DNA of 64,000 nucleotides from an uncultured bacterium (GTDB taxonomy: Bacteria > SAR324 > NAC60-12). The translations under genes and the position numbers were made by a program. Shown here piece after piece: positions 9,652 to 19,749 of this stretch. The notes under the pieces were generated by a model, which saw nothing but the letters and a program-made list of their open reading frames with translations, did no database searches and had not been told where the DNA came from. Positions within the stretch are counted from its first letter, which is position 1. The number at the start of each line of letters is the position of its first letter. Location of the stretch: assembly GCA_965662235.1 (NCBI GenBank), contig CBFIGY010000012.1:23113-87112 (forward strand), read 5' to 3'.

Positions 9652-9984
9652 TTAGGCGACCCGCGTTCCGTTGGCAACCTCCTGAGACGGGTGCAGCAGC
9701 ACCACTCCGCTCTCCTCCATTGCCCCCAGCACCAGCACCTCCGACTTGATTCCGGCAATCCGCAGTGGCGGAAAGTTGAGGACGGCAACCACCTGGCGAC
9801 CGACCAGGGTTTCTGGTGTGTAATGCTGAGTGATCTGGGCGGAACTGGTTTTGGTGCCCCACTCGCCGAAGTCAATCGTCAGCACAAATGCCGGCTTGCG
9901 GGCCTTGGCGTTGGGCTCCACCTTCAAGATGGTGCCGACGTGCATCTGGACCTTGTCAAAGTCACTGTAGTCAATGGGGGTCAA
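9652..9984 (-). CDS. csaA: tRNA-binding protein / export chaperone CsaA
   Basis: ARKPAFVLTIDFG, SSAQIT, NFPPLRIAGIKSEVLVLG; SD aggag then TTG at 9984. Confidence 0.88.
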   Translation of the reverse strand: MTPIDYSDFDKVQMHVGTILKVEPNAKARKPAFVLTIDFGEWGTKTSSAQITQHYTPETLVGRQVVAVLNFPPLRIAGIKSEVLVLGAMEESGVVLLHPSQEVANGTRVA

Positions 9985-10009
9985 TGGGTTGCTCCTGGGT
10001 GTGAGGTTC

Positions 10010-10037
10010 TTGACATTTTGAAGGCACCGCCTATGCT
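10010..10037 (+). promoter_or_regulatory. Sigma70-like promoter for the moaA leader
   Basis: TTGACA-N16-TATGCT. Confidence 0.55.
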
Positions 10038-10094
10038 TTTTTGAATTCCGGATCTGCCGGTAAGGCAGAACCTTCCCACGAACATGAACCAGCC

Positions 10095-10189
10095 ATCTCC
10101 GATTCACCCAGCCTAACGCCTGTGGCCAGGGTTGTGTGAACGTGGGTTGCCCGGGAAACGGGGCAGCCTCCCGTGCTTGGAAAGGAGAT
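10095..10189 (+). ncRNA. Molybdenum cofactor (Moco) riboswitch
   Basis: P1 atctcc/ggagat sequesters the SD; cctaa, GAAA-loop hairpin and gcctcccgtgcttggaaaggag 3' signature; lies directly before moaA. Confidence 0.85.
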
Positions 10190-10194
10190 TTCCT

Positions 10195-11142
10195 ATGATC
10201 GACGCATACGGTCGAAAGATCAACAAGTTGCGTGTGTCCCTAGGAGAGGCCTGTAACATGGCCTGCACCTACTGTGTGACCAGCATCAAGGACCACGTTC
10301 CCTCCCCCAAAGCCCTGCCGGGCGATCAACTGCTGCACCTCGTCGGGTTGCTGCACCAGCATGCCGGCATCGAAAAGGTCCGACTGACCGGAGGCGAGCC
10401 CCTGCTCTTCCGTCACGTCGTGGACTTTGTCCAAGGCGTCCAAGACCTCGGCATTGAGAGCATCGGCATGACGACCAACGGCCTCAACCTGAAGAAGTTA
10501 GCGAAGCCGCTCCAGGCTGCAGGACTGAAGTCGGTCAACGTCAGCCTAGACTCCCTTTGCCCAGAAAACTTCCGAAAGATGGGACGAGCCGGGCGCCTAG
10601 ACCGCGTGCTTGCTGGCATTGATGCGGCTGTTGAAGTCGGGCTGGGAGTGAAGCTGAACATGGTGGTGGTGCGTGACGCCAACGAGCATGAGGTGGTGGA
10701 CCTGCTGGACTACGCGGTTTCCCGAGGCGCTGAGGTGCGCTACCTAGAGCTGATGCGCATGGGACCGCTCCACCAGAAGGAGCCCTTTCCGTTTGTGTCC
10801 ATGCAGGAAATCCTGGATCGCATTGGAGAGCGGTACTCCTGGCACCGTGTTGAGGCGGAAACCGACGCCACCGCTCAGCGTTTCTGGGTTCCCGGAGGGC
10901 ACTTCGGAATCATCCCCAACGAAAGTGCTCCGTTCTGCTCAACCTGCTCCCGCCTGCGGTTGACTTCTGACGGGCACCTGGTGGGCTGCCTGAGCAACCC
11001 AATCGAAACCTCCATCCGGCACCTGCTGGAGCAGGAAGAGGTGGCGGAAGACCTCCAGCACCTGGTCCGGAAGTCGGTCGCCTACAAGCAACCGGCAGCC
11101 TTCACCGGCTCCGAACTCGGGATGTCCCGAGTTGGTGGGTGA
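10195..11142 (+). CDS. moaA: GTP 3',8-cyclase MoaA
   Basis: CNMACTYC radical-SAM motif, RLTGGEP, FCSTCSRLRLTSDG...C and C-terminal GG; ATG after SD. Confidence 0.95.
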   Translation: MIDAYGRKINKLRVSLGEACNMACTYCVTSIKDHVPSPKALPGDQLLHLVGLLHQHAGIEKVRLTGGEPLLFRHVVDFVQGVQDLGIESIGMTTNGLNLKKLAKPLQAAGLKSVNVSLDSLCPENFRKMGRAGRLDRVLAGIDAAVEVGLGVKLNMVVVRDANEHEVVDLLDYAVSRGAEVRYLELMRMGPLHQKEPFPFVSMQEILDRIGERYSWHRVEAETDATAQRFWVPGGHFGIIPNESAPFCSTCSRLRLTSDGHLVGCLSNPIETSIRHLLEQEEVAEDLQHLVRKSVAYKQPAAFTGSELGMSRVGG

Positions 11143-11228
11143 TGCGTAAAAGACTTGCTCCGTTTCTGACTTTACGGTAAAAAGATAAGTTTAGTTTTTT
11201 CAACACTCTTTACCTCAGTCAAGGTTTC

Positions 11229-11363
11229 ATGAAACGGACTTTCCAACCGAACGTACGGCGTCGTAAGAAGAAGCACGGGTTTCGCGCCCGCATGGCGACT
11301 CCAGGGGGTCGCAAGGTGATCAGCCGTCGCCGAGCCAAGGGGCGCAAGCGCCTGAGCGCCTGA
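11229..11363 (+). CDS. rpmH: 50S ribosomal protein L34
   Basis: Manually translated [44 protein letters not shown] (absent from the ORF track). Confidence 0.97.
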   Translation: MKRTFQPNVRRRKKKHGFRARMATPGGRKVISRRRAKGRKRLSA

Positions 11364-11761
11364 TGAAGGAGCGGAGTTTTCCCAAGTCGGTTCGGTTGAA
11401 GCAGGCTCGGGAAATTCGCCCGGTCTTTTCTCATGGAACCTACCGTCCCCTTGGGTTGATCAGCGTCAAGTACCTCCCCAGCCAAGCTGAAACGAGCCGC
11501 TTCCTTATTTCCATCAAGAAAAAAGTTGGGCATGCTCCCCTGCGCAACCGCTTAAAGCGGCTGCTGCGTGAAGCCATCCGGACGGAGCGACACCGACTGG
11601 AGCAGAGCTACGACATCTGCTTCATGATCACCCGCACACCAGGACGTCCGGCGACGCTGGCGTACATGACGCGGTCAGTCCGGGGACTGTTCCAGGAGCT
11701 TGCGCACCCTGCATCCGAAAACCTGCATTTCGCACCCCGAACCGCAAGTCACGTTGTCTGA
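11363..11761 (+). CDS. rnpA: Ribonuclease P protein component
   Basis: FPKSVRL and [23 protein letters not shown] coupling with rpmH. Confidence 0.93.
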   Translation: MKERSFPKSVRLKQAREIRPVFSHGTYRPLGLISVKYLPSQAETSRFLISIKKKVGHAPLRNRLKRLLREAIRTERHRLEQSYDICFMITRTPGRPATLAYMTRSVRGLFQELAHPASENLHFAPRTASHVV

Positions 11762-12041
11762 GGACTCAGCTACCGAGACCCAAGCACCTCCCAGGTGGAG
11801 CATTCGTCCCCTCCTGTGGATCATCCGAGGGTACCGCCAGTGGGTGTCTCCGCTGCTGCCCCCCTCCTGTCGTTTTTACCCAACCTGTTCGCAGTACGCG
11901 CTGACAGCGTTGGAGTCTCATGGCCTGTGGAAAGGCGGGTGGCTCAGTGCCCGTCGTCTCCTGCGCTGTCATCCCTTTCATCCGGGCGGGGTTGATCCTG
12001 TGCCCCGAACCTTCCACTTCAAGTCTTCCTCCCGATTCTGA
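11754..12041 (+). CDS. yidD: Membrane protein insertion efficiency factor YidD
   Basis: [10 protein letters not shown] and [14 protein letters not shown]; start approximate. Confidence 0.92.
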   Translation: MSEDSATETQAPPRWSIRPLLWIIRGYRQWVSPLLPPSCRFYPTCSQYALTALESHGLWKGGWLSARRLLRCHPFHPGGVDPVPRTFHFKSSSRF

Positions 12042-13810
12042 TGGAAAAGAACACGTTGTTGGCGGTGGTGCTCTCCATGGCTATTCTGGTGGGCTGGTCG
12101 TTTTTCTTCCCCCCTCCAGAGCCTCCGAAACCAGACACCCCTCCTTCGGCTGAGGTCTCTCAGGCGCTGGACGAAGTGGCCGCCAATGCGCTGTCCGGAG
12201 AGTCAGGAAGCGCTGAGGTGGCAGCAGACACGGCTGCTGCACCAGAAGCCCCTGTTGTGGCCGTAGATGCCAGCCTTCCGTCCCGAGAAGTGGTGGTGCA
12301 GACCGACCGCTTCCGGGTGCTGCTGAACAGCCGCGGAGGCGTGGCGACGAGTCTGCAGTTGACCAGTTACGACCACACCAAGCCCCGCCTGACCCTGAGC
12401 ACCTGGTTCCCCTTCCTAGAAGGGGTGCTGGGGCCGGACTATCAGCTTTCGGTGACCGAGGGCAACCGGGTGGAAATGCTGAGCCGCTACGTTCCCAATG
12501 TGGAAGCCTTTGGGGTGCAGTTTGAAGATGACGCCGAACTGACTCAACGCTTCCGGAACGCCAGTTACGCCATTTCGGTGAACGGACAAACCCTGGAGCC
12601 CGGGACCGATCGGCAGACCTTCTCCCTGGGAGAAGCGGATGAGTCGATGACGGTGGAGCTGCGGTCGGTGGAAGTAGGAGGCGTGCAGCTGGTGAAGACC
12701 CTGACCTTCCGCCAAGGTGTGCACCTGATTGACTACGACCTGCAGGTGATCAACCGCTCCTTCTCGGCCAAGCCCCTGAAGGTCCGGCAGCTCTTCGGCG
12801 AGGCTCGTTTCCACGAAGGTGAAGTGGACAGTCGTGCCGGACACCGTGGTCCGGTGTACTTCAATGATGGCCTAGAGACGCATGGCATCGACGAAGCGCG
12901 CGACACGCTGCGGGTACCTAGCTTTGAATGGCTGGGGCTGGAGGACCACTACTTCATCAGTGCGGCAGCTCCACTGGCGCCGGTCAAGGAGGGCTTCTAC
13001 CAGGCCCGAGAAACAGAAGGAACCGGGCTGGCTCCCTACTACGGCATCCGTCTGCCCCTCGTGGAACTGCTTCCGGGCAAGCTTGTGGAGGTGCCCTTCC
13101 AGCTCTACTTTGGTCCGAAGGACGAAGCGGAGATGACCAAGTTCGGACGGAATCTGAACCAGTCCCTCAACATGACCCTAGAGTCTCTGGCGGGGCCGTT
13201 GCTGTCGCTGCTGCGAGGCATCTATAGCGTGGTGGGGAACTATGGGGTGGCCATCATCATCCTGACGGTGATCGTCCGGCTGGTGCTCTTCCCGCTGACG
13301 TACCGCGGCATGAAGAGCATGAAGCGCATGCAGCAGCTGGCGCCTAAGATGAAGCGCATTCAGGAGAAGTACAAGAACGACAAGGAAAAGCTGCAGATGG
13401 AGATGATGGGCCTGTATCGCAAGAACAAGGTCAATCCGCTCGGAGGCTGCCTTCCGTTGCTGCTGCAGATTCCGGTGTTCCTAGCCCTCTACAGCGCCCT
13501 TTCCAGCGCAGTGGAGCTCCGGCATGCGCCCTTCGGACTATGGCTCAGTGACCTGTCACAGGCCGATGGCTTGGGCATCACACCAATTCTGATGGGGGTC
13601 ACCCTCTTCTTCCAGCAAAAGCTGACGCCGCAGAGCGCGGTCATGGATCCGACTCAGGCGAAGATCATGCAGCTGATGCCGCTGGTGTTTGCTGTCTTCA
13701 GCTTCACCTTCCCGTCTGGACTGGTCCTGTACTGGGTCACCAGCAACCTGCTCTCCATGGGGCAGCAGCAGATCATCAACCGGATCAAGACTCCGGAAAT
13801 TCAGGACTGA
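12041..13810 (+). CDS. yidC: Membrane protein insertase YidC
   Basis: GNYGVAIIILT, NPLGGCLPLLLQIPVF and PSGLVLYW; operon context. Confidence 0.97.
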   Translation: MEKNTLLAVVLSMAILVGWSFFFPPPEPPKPDTPPSAEVSQALDEVAANALSGESGSAEVAADTAAAPEAPVVAVDASLPSREVVVQTDRFRVLLNSRGGVATSLQLTSYDHTKPRLTLSTWFPFLEGVLGPDYQLSVTEGNRVEMLSRYVPNVEAFGVQFEDDAELTQRFRNASYAISVNGQTLEPGTDRQTFSLGEADESMTVELRSVEVGGVQLVKTLTFRQGVHLIDYDLQVINRSFSAKPLKVRQLFGEARFHEGEVDSRAGHRGPVYFNDGLETHGIDEARDTLRVPSFEWLGLEDHYFISAAAPLAPVKEGFYQARETEGTGLAPYYGIRLPLVELLPGKLVEVPFQLYFGPKDEAEMTKFGRNLNQSLNMTLESLAGPLLSLLRGIYSVVGNYGVAIIILTVIVRLVLFPLTYRGMKSMKRMQQLAPKMKRIQEKYKNDKEKLQMEMMGLYRKNKVNPLGGCLPLLLQIPVFLALYSALSSAVELRHAPFGLWLSDLSQADGLGITPILMGVTLFFQQKLTPQSAVMDPTQAKIMQLMPLVFAVFSFTFPSGLVLYWVTSNLLSMGQQQIINRIKTPEIQD

Positions 13811-13812
13811 TC

Positions 13813-14778
13813 CTAGTCCTGCGCAAACACCTGGGTCGCCGCGCTCAGCAACTCCGGAACCTGCTCAAGGGGAAGGTCGTTGATGCCGGCGGCCTTGGAA
13901 CGTCCTCCGCCTCCGAGCGGTCGGCAGATCGCATCGGCTCCATGGGGGCGAGATAGCGGCGCCCGGACGCTGACCAACCCTCCGCCCCTTCCATTCTCCA
14001 CCAACAGCACCAGCCCCTGATCCGGGAACTCCCGAATCGCCTCATTGCTGAAGACTCCGGCCACACGACGCCCCCAGGCTTCATTGGGAAAGCGGAAGAA
14101 GCGAACCGTCTCGGTCTCTACCTCTGGAGACACCGCTTGGGCGTGCTGCTGATCCTCGTGAAAGAAGGCCCGGAGCGCTGGAAGGGCTTCGGAGTGCTTG
14201 GCAAAATCGAGGGGGCTCTCAAACGGGTGCAGCTGCTCAAAGAGGTCCGCTGGCGCGTAGTGCAGGTCCTGCAGCGTCTCTCCGTAACCGTTGTAATTGA
14301 GCAGCTCTCCGGTTTCCTGAAGCAGAGCGATTTCGGCTTCGCTGAGACTGAGGGAAGCGGCCAGTTGCTGGGCGGTCCGGTGCTGATTGTCTCCAAATGC
14401 CCCTGCGATGGCCCACAGGCGAAAGGCGCCTTCGAGGTGCCGGTCTACCAGGGTGCTGGTGCAGACTTCGGGATCGGGATCAATGTAAGACGTGAAGAGC
14501 GGGCTGTCCGGGAGCGTTCCGGCAAAGTGGTGGTCGAAGTAGTGGACGGTGTTCTGCTGTTCCAGCAGCTTCAGCAGCGGGGTTCGGTTGACGTCGAGGG
14601 AGATGTCGAGGACGGTGATCGCGCACCCGGAACGTTCCTGAATCCGGGAAAGGAGCTGAATGTCGCGCTTGACTCCGGTGATGCGTTCCGAGTGGATGGG
14701 CTGGTGCAACCGCAACTGCTGCAGCGCACACAACCCATCAGCATCTCCGTTGAACACATCAATGTGTGGAGGTGTCAC
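13813..14778 (-). CDS. DHH/DHHA1 family phosphoesterase
   Basis: FNGDADG, LDIS, FDHH and C-terminal GGGRSKAAG motifs. Confidence 0.8.
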   Translation of the reverse strand: MTPPHIDVFNGDADGLCALQQLRLHQPIHSERITGVKRDIQLLSRIQERSGCAITVLDISLDVNRTPLLKLLEQQNTVHYFDHHFAGTLPDSPLFTSYIDPDPEVCTSTLVDRHLEGAFRLWAIAGAFGDNQHRTAQQLAASLSLSEAEIALLQETGELLNYNGYGETLQDLHYAPADLFEQLHPFESPLDFAKHSEALPALRAFFHEDQQHAQAVSPEVETETVRFFRFPNEAWGRRVAGVFSNEAIREFPDQGLVLLVENGRGGGLVSVRAPLSRPHGADAICRPLGGGGRSKAAGINDLPLEQVPELLSAATQVFAQD

Positions 14779-14957
14779 TGGGCAAAGAAAAAGATTTGCA
14801 GACTGAACAGGGTTGCAAAGAGCACCACTCCCCCCAGAGCGATGGTGATGGGAGTGTTGAGGGCTCCGTTGCTGCGAAACCGTCGGTTGACCTCGTGCTT
14901 CTCAAAGCGACGGATGGGGTCCCGGCGGATAAAGGTTTGGCTTTTCATCACAGACAT
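14775..14957 (-). CDS. Small (60 aa) protein with a single C-terminal TM helix
   Basis: Fills the gap between aroC and the DHH gene; GTGA stop/start overlap with the DHH gene. Confidence 0.55.
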   Translation of the reverse strand: MSVMKSQTFIRRDPIRRFEKHEVNRRFRSNGALNTPITIALGGVVLFATLFSLQIFFFAQ

Positions 14958-15035
14958 GGCGCTCGAAATGACAAAGAGAGTGCATCAGACCCCCCAAAGG
15001 GGACAGATCAGTCTCAGCAAAAAGAGTGCCTAAAT

Positions 15036-16130
15036 TTAGTCTGTTAAACGATTCAGGGCGCGAGTTTGGTTCCGGAGGTAGTGATCGGCGAGGACCAAGG
15101 CCACCATCGCGTCAATCATTGGGACCGCCCGAGGCAGCACGCAGGGGTCATGCCGACCCTTGGCGCGGAGCTTGGTGGCCTCGCCCGACTGGGTCACGGT
15201 GTCTTGCTCAAAGTTGATGGTCGCTGTGGGCTTAAAGGCGACCCGGAAGTCGATGGGCTCTCCGTTGCTGATGCCCCCCTGAATGCCACCAGACCGGTTG
15301 GTTTGCGGGCGGATCTGCCCGGATTCGGAGGTGAAGGCGTCGTTGTGCTGAGACCCCTTGAGGAGGACGGAGTCGAAGCCCAAGCCAAACTCCACTCCTC
15401 GGGTAGCCGGGAGGGACATCATCGCCTTGGCGAGGTCGGCTGTGAGTTTGTCAAAGACGGGTTCACCGAGTCCCGGAGGCAGGTTACGGGCGTGGGCGCG
15501 GATGATGCCTCCAACGCTATCTCCTCCTTTGCGGGCTTCCAGGATCCGGGCCTCCATGCGGGCGCTGGCTTCCGGGTCCGGACACCGAACCACACTGGCT
15601 TCAATGGCGTCTGCGGTCACCTCCTCCGGGTTGATGTCCGAACGCAGGTCGTGGATCTGTTCGACCCATGAGAGGATTTCGGCGCCGCACAGCTGCTTGA
15701 GCAGCTTCTTGGCAACGGCCCCTGCGGCCACACGTCCGATGGTCTCCCGGGCGCTGGAACGACCACCACCCATCCAGTTCCGGAAGCCGTACTTGCGGTC
15801 GTAGGTGAAATCGGCGTGGCTGGGACGGTAGAGTTCCTTGAGGTGGTCGTAGGCCTGGGGTCGGGCGTCTTCGTTGCGGACCAGCACAGCGAGCGCGGTG
15901 CCGGTGGTGCGTCCGTCAAACACGCCAGAGAGGATCTCGGCGGTGTCGCTTTCTTTACGCTGTGTGGTGATCTTGCTCTGTCCGGGGCGCCGTCGGTCCA
16001 GGTCGGTCTGAATGTCGTCTAGGGAAAGTTCCAGTCCGGCAGGGCAGCCGTCGATGACGACGCCGATGCCGCCGCCGTGGGACTCGCCCCAGGTGGTAAT
16101 ACGGAAAAGGTGGCCGAAGCTATCGCCCAT
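15036..16130 (-). CDS. aroC: Chorismate synthase
   Basis: [21 protein letters not shown] and GRHDPCV. Confidence 0.98.
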   Translation of the reverse strand: MGDSFGHLFRITTWGESHGGGIGVVIDGCPAGLELSLDDIQTDLDRRRPGQSKITTQRKESDTAEILSGVFDGRTTGTALAVLVRNEDARPQAYDHLKELYRPSHADFTYDRKYGFRNWMGGGRSSARETIGRVAAGAVAKKLLKQLCGAEILSWVEQIHDLRSDINPEEVTADAIEASVVRCPDPEASARMEARILEARKGGDSVGGIIRAHARNLPPGLGEPVFDKLTADLAKAMMSLPATRGVEFGLGFDSVLLKGSQHNDAFTSESGQIRPQTNRSGGIQGGISNGEPIDFRVAFKPTATINFEQDTVTQSGEATKLRAKGRHDPCVLPRAVPMIDAMVALVLADHYLRNQTRALNRLTD

Positions 16131-16131
16131 G

Positions 16132-16932
16132 TCAGTTTGTGGCTAAGGGTTGGAGGTCGGACAGGTCGGCCTGCTTCAGGTTGAGCGAGGCGGCCAGCGC
16201 CTGATTTTCGGCAATGCCAGCCTGCACGTCCCGAGGGTGGTGGCAGTCGGAGTTGCAGATGACCTGAATGGGGTACTCCTGAGCCAGCTCCCAGAAGGGG
16301 AGCCACGGATACGGCGCGCGCGCGCCGGTGGAACCCGGCACCTTCGGCTTCCGGAGGCCGTAGCCGTTGAGTTCCAGTGGCACTCCGGTTTCTGCAGCCG
16401 CCGCAAGGATGTCCCGGGAGCAAGCGGCGACGTCTTCCGTCCAGCTCATCTGCACGCCTCCGAAAAGGTCTGGATGCGCGATGAAGGCGAACAAGCCGGT
16501 TTCCATCATGTTCTGGAGGTACTGGGCATACGCGTTCAGCTGAGGGGCGGTGCGCAGCTCGACGAACGAGTTGAGCCACTCTCCCTGAAACGGGGTGAAG
16601 TGTCCGGCGCCAATGAGGTAGCTGAAGTTGCGGGCGCCGAGAAGCTCGTCGGCAAAGTAGTGGTGAAAGTCCGGGATGTACTCGCATTCCATGCCCAGCA
16701 GCACCTGCACCTCCGGAACCGTTTCTGCTGCGCGGTGGACGGCTGCAACGTAGTCGTCCAGCTCGTCAAAGCGCATGCGGACGTCCGGCCACCGGTTGTC
16801 CGGAAGCGCGGCGTGGTCAGAGACCCCAAAGGTGTGCATGCCGCCGCGGGCCGCTGCTTGAACGTAATCGACGACGTCTTCATCCGCATGCTGGCAACGG
16901 AAGGTGTGGGAATGGTAGTTGGCGAGTGGCAA
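16132..16932 (-). CDS. PHP-family phosphatase (HisJ/HisK-type histidinol phosphatase)
   Basis: NYHSHT, SDH, GMECEY, AHPD and NSDCH metal ligands. Confidence 0.8.
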   Translation of the reverse strand: MPLANYHSHTFRCQHADEDVVDYVQAAARGGMHTFGVSDHAALPDNRWPDVRMRFDELDDYVAAVHRAAETVPEVQVLLGMECEYIPDFHHYFADELLGARNFSYLIGAGHFTPFQGEWLNSFVELRTAPQLNAYAQYLQNMMETGLFAFIAHPDLFGGVQMSWTEDVAACSRDILAAAAETGVPLELNGYGLRKPKVPGSTGARAPYPWLPFWELAQEYPIQVICNSDCHHPRDVQAGIAENQALAASLNLKQADLSDLQPLATN

Positions 16933-17097
16933 GGCTGGGTGTCATCACAAAAGGATTGAGCTTGAATGAACGAAGATAGCAACGGGTTACGAACGTGCAA
17001 GGAGATTTCGCCGCAGCTTGACCCTGAGACGGGCTTTGGTACGATTATCGCGTTCATTCAACGCGTTTCTCCCCCTCCCCCTTTACGGTAGCTCCTC

Positions 17098-18507
17098 ATG
17101 CAAGATGTTCATCATTACGACCTCGCTGTCATTGGCTCAGGCCCCGCTGGAGAGAAGGCCGCCATGCAGGCGAGCAAACTCAAGAAGCGAGTGGTGGTGA
17201 TTGAGCGGAAGCCGAAACTGGGAGGGGCGTCGCTGCACACCGGAACCATTCCCTCAAAGTCGCTCCGGGAGACGGTGGTCAACCTCTCAATGATCCGGCA
17301 GCAGACGCACGGCATTCAGATTTCGTTCAAGGACAACCTGACGACGGATGAGCTGATGTACCGGAAGCAGGTGGTGATTCAAGAGCAGGAAAACTCCCTG
17401 AAGCGCAACCTCGACAAGAACCGAGTGACCACCATTGTTGGAACCCCCCGGTTTCTCAGTCCAACTGAGATTGAAGTGGTCCCGCACGACGGAGGGGAAC
17501 CGTTTCAGCTGACCGCGGATTTCTCCATCATCGGAACCGGTTCCAGTCCCCGTCGTCCGAAGTGGGCTCCGTTCGACAACGAATGCGTGTTCGATTCCGA
17601 CAGCATTCTGAAGATCAAGCACCTTCCCAAAAAGATCACGATCATCGGTGCCGGAGTCATTGGCTGCGAGTACGCCTGCATCTTCGCGAAGCTCGGCATC
17701 CGCGTCAACCTCATCGCCCGAGACCGCAACGTCCTGCCGTTCCTAGACCGGGAGATCGCAGAAGCGCTCATCTACCGGATGCGGAACCAGCGCATCACCT
17801 TGCGGCTGGGAGAGAACGTGAAGGACATCAAGAAAATTGGCCCCGAAGAGGTGCTGGTGGAACTGGAAAGCCAGAAGGTGCTACCCTGCTCCACCGTGCT
17901 GGTTGCCGCCGGTCGGACTGCCAACTCCGATGGGCTGGGGCTGGAAGAAATTGGCATTGAGCTGGGGCACAACCTGCTGATCAAGACCAACGAGGTTTAC
18001 CAAACCGCTTGCCCGAACATCTATGCGGTCGGAGACGTCATTGGCTTCCCTGGGCTTTCGTCAACCTCCATGGTGCAGTCCCGGATTGCCGTTCTGCACG
18101 CCTTTGGGGAGCTGCAAAACGAGTCGATGCCCAAGGAGTTTCCGTACGGCATCTGGACCATTCCGGCGGTGGCGATGGTGGGGCAAACGGAGGAGGAACT
18201 GACGGAGGCCTGTGTTCCGTATGAGATCGGCGTGGCCCACTTCAAGGAAATCTCCCGGGCCCACATCATGGGGGAGGAAGAGGGCATCATGAAGCTCATC
18301 TTCGATCCGGAAAGCCTGAAACTCTATGGCGTCCACATCATCGGCCCCCGCGCCACTGAGTTGATCCACCTGGGGCACTCGGTGATGCACCTCGGCGGAA
18401 CCATCCGGTACTTCATGAACGCGGTGCTGAACTGCCCCACCTTGGATGAAGCCTACCGGGTTGCGGCCTTCAACGGCATCAATCGCCTCGATCACGACTC
18501 CCTCTGA
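17098..18507 (+). CDS. sthA: Soluble pyridine nucleotide transhydrogenase
   Basis: GSGPAG, HTGTIPSKSLRE (no redox CxxxxC), GAGVIGCEY, PTLDEAYRVAAFNG. Confidence 0.9.
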   Translation: MQDVHHYDLAVIGSGPAGEKAAMQASKLKKRVVVIERKPKLGGASLHTGTIPSKSLRETVVNLSMIRQQTHGIQISFKDNLTTDELMYRKQVVIQEQENSLKRNLDKNRVTTIVGTPRFLSPTEIEVVPHDGGEPFQLTADFSIIGTGSSPRRPKWAPFDNECVFDSDSILKIKHLPKKITIIGAGVIGCEYACIFAKLGIRVNLIARDRNVLPFLDREIAEALIYRMRNQRITLRLGENVKDIKKIGPEEVLVELESQKVLPCSTVLVAAGRTANSDGLGLEEIGIELGHNLLIKTNEVYQTACPNIYAVGDVIGFPGLSSTSMVQSRIAVLHAFGELQNESMPKEFPYGIWTIPAVAMVGQTEEELTEACVPYEIGVAHFKEISRAHIMGEEEGIMKLIFDPESLKLYGVHIIGPRATELIHLGHSVMHLGGTIRYFMNAVLNCPTLDEAYRVAAFNGINRLDHDSL

Positions 18508-18589
18508 TTGCGGAACCGGAGCCATTCATCGGCTCCGGCGCCCCGTCGCTTCTTAAAAACTCCCAAGACGGCTGGATCGGACATTTCCC

Positions 18590-18619
18590 TTGACATCCGC
18601 CTTGGCACGATGTTAGCTT
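18590..18619 (+). promoter_or_regulatory. Sigma70 promoter of the hrcA-dnaK operon
   Basis: TTGACA-N18-TAGCTT with extended -10 TG, immediately before CIRCE. Confidence 0.7.
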
Positions 18620-18620
18620 A

Positions 18621-18647
18621 TTAGCACTTTCTTGAGATGAGTGCTAA
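18621..18647 (+). promoter_or_regulatory. CIRCE element (HrcA operator)
   Basis: TTAGCACTT-N9-GAGTGCTAA, one mismatch to consensus. Confidence 0.95.
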
Positions 18648-18687
18648 CGATCGATCAGGCAACAAGGGGGATTCATCCAGGGACCGC

Positions 18688-19749
18688 ATGGCAACGAGAA
18701 AGCAGGGTCAAGACATTGACGAACGCATGCAGATGGTGCTGCGTGGCATTGTAGACAGCTACATCGAAAGCTCGGAGCCTGTGGGGTCCCGGACGCTCTC
18801 GAAGCAGTTGGAGGTTCAGTTCTCTCCGGCGACGATCCGCAACATCATGTCGGATCTTTCCGAGATGGGGTACCTGATGCAGCCCCATACGTCCGGGGGA
18901 CGGATTCCGACCGACAAGGCGTATCGGTTCTATGTGGACTCGATGGTGGTGGCGAATCAGCTACCAAACAGCATTCAGAGTCACATTTCAGAGCTGTCGA
19001 GGCTGGGGACCACGGCGCCTGTGGAGGTGCTGCTGCAGAACACGACGAAGATCCTCGCCGGGCTGACCAAGTTCGTGTGCCTGGTGACGGCGCCGAAGAC
19101 GGAAGTGAGCCTGCTCCAGCGCATTGAGTTCATCAAGGTCAGTGCCCGCAAGGTGCTGGTGATCCTAGTGACCAAGTCCGGAGTGGTCCGCAACAAGATC
19201 ATTGACACTCCGGAGGACTTCCCTCAGGACTTCTTCAACACCATCTCCGCGTTCCTCAACGATCAGTTCCAAAACCGGTCTCTGCTGCAGATCCGGGAGG
19301 AAATCCTCCGGAGCATGGTGGAGGACAAGGAACGTTACGACCAGCTTCTTGCTCAGGCGGTTCGTCTTGGCAAGAAGGCCTTTGAGCTGGATGAGCGGGA
19401 GGAGATGTTCATGGAGGGGCAGTTCAATCTGCTGAAGAACGAACGGTTCCAGAGCACCGAGGTGGTGCAGCACCTGATGGACGCGTTTGAGCACAAGAGC
19501 ATGATCATGGATGTGCTGGATCACACGGTCCGGGCGGAAGGCGTGCAGCTGTACATTGGGGTGGAAAACGAGTCAGAGAGCCTAAGGGACTGCACCCTGG
19601 TTGCCGCGAACTACCGCAACGACAACAACGTATTGGGGACCATTGGTGTGATTGGTCCCACGAGCATGAACTACCAGCAAATCATCCCTGTCGTGGACTA
19701 CACGGCCAAAATTCTATCCCAAGCCATTTCTGAGCAAGCCTATGACTGA
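18688..19749 (+). CDS. hrcA: Heat-inducible transcription repressor HrcA
   Basis: EPVGSR, SPATIRN, QPHTSGGRIPTDKAYRFYVD and GVIGPT; start placed downstream of CIRCE. Confidence 0.96.
   Translation: MATRKQGQDIDERMQMVLRGIVDSYIESSEPVGSRTLSKQLEVQFSPATIRNIMSDLSEMGYLMQPHTSGGRIPTDKAYRFYVDSMVVANQLPNSIQSHISELSRLGTTAPVEVLLQNTTKILAGLTKFVCLVTAPKTEVSLLQRIEFIKVSARKVLVILVTKSGVVRNKIIDTPEDFPQDFFNTISAFLNDQFQNRSLLQIREEILRSMVEDKERYDQLLAQAVRLGKKAFELDEREEMFMEGQFNLLKNERFQSTEVVQHLMDAFEHKSMIMDVLDHTVRAEGVQLYIGVENESESLRDCTLVAANYRNDNNVLGTIGVIGPTSMNYQQIIPVVDYTAKILSQAISEQAYD

Noticed and set aside
11143..11228. Possible oriC next to rpmH
   Set aside because: The AT-rich gap is only about 85 bp, with no TTATCCACA boxes and no dnaA; it is best explained as the rpmH promoter.
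18637..18687. Longer hrcA start from the ORF track
   Set aside because: That ATG lies inside the CIRCE operator, close to the predicted transcription start.
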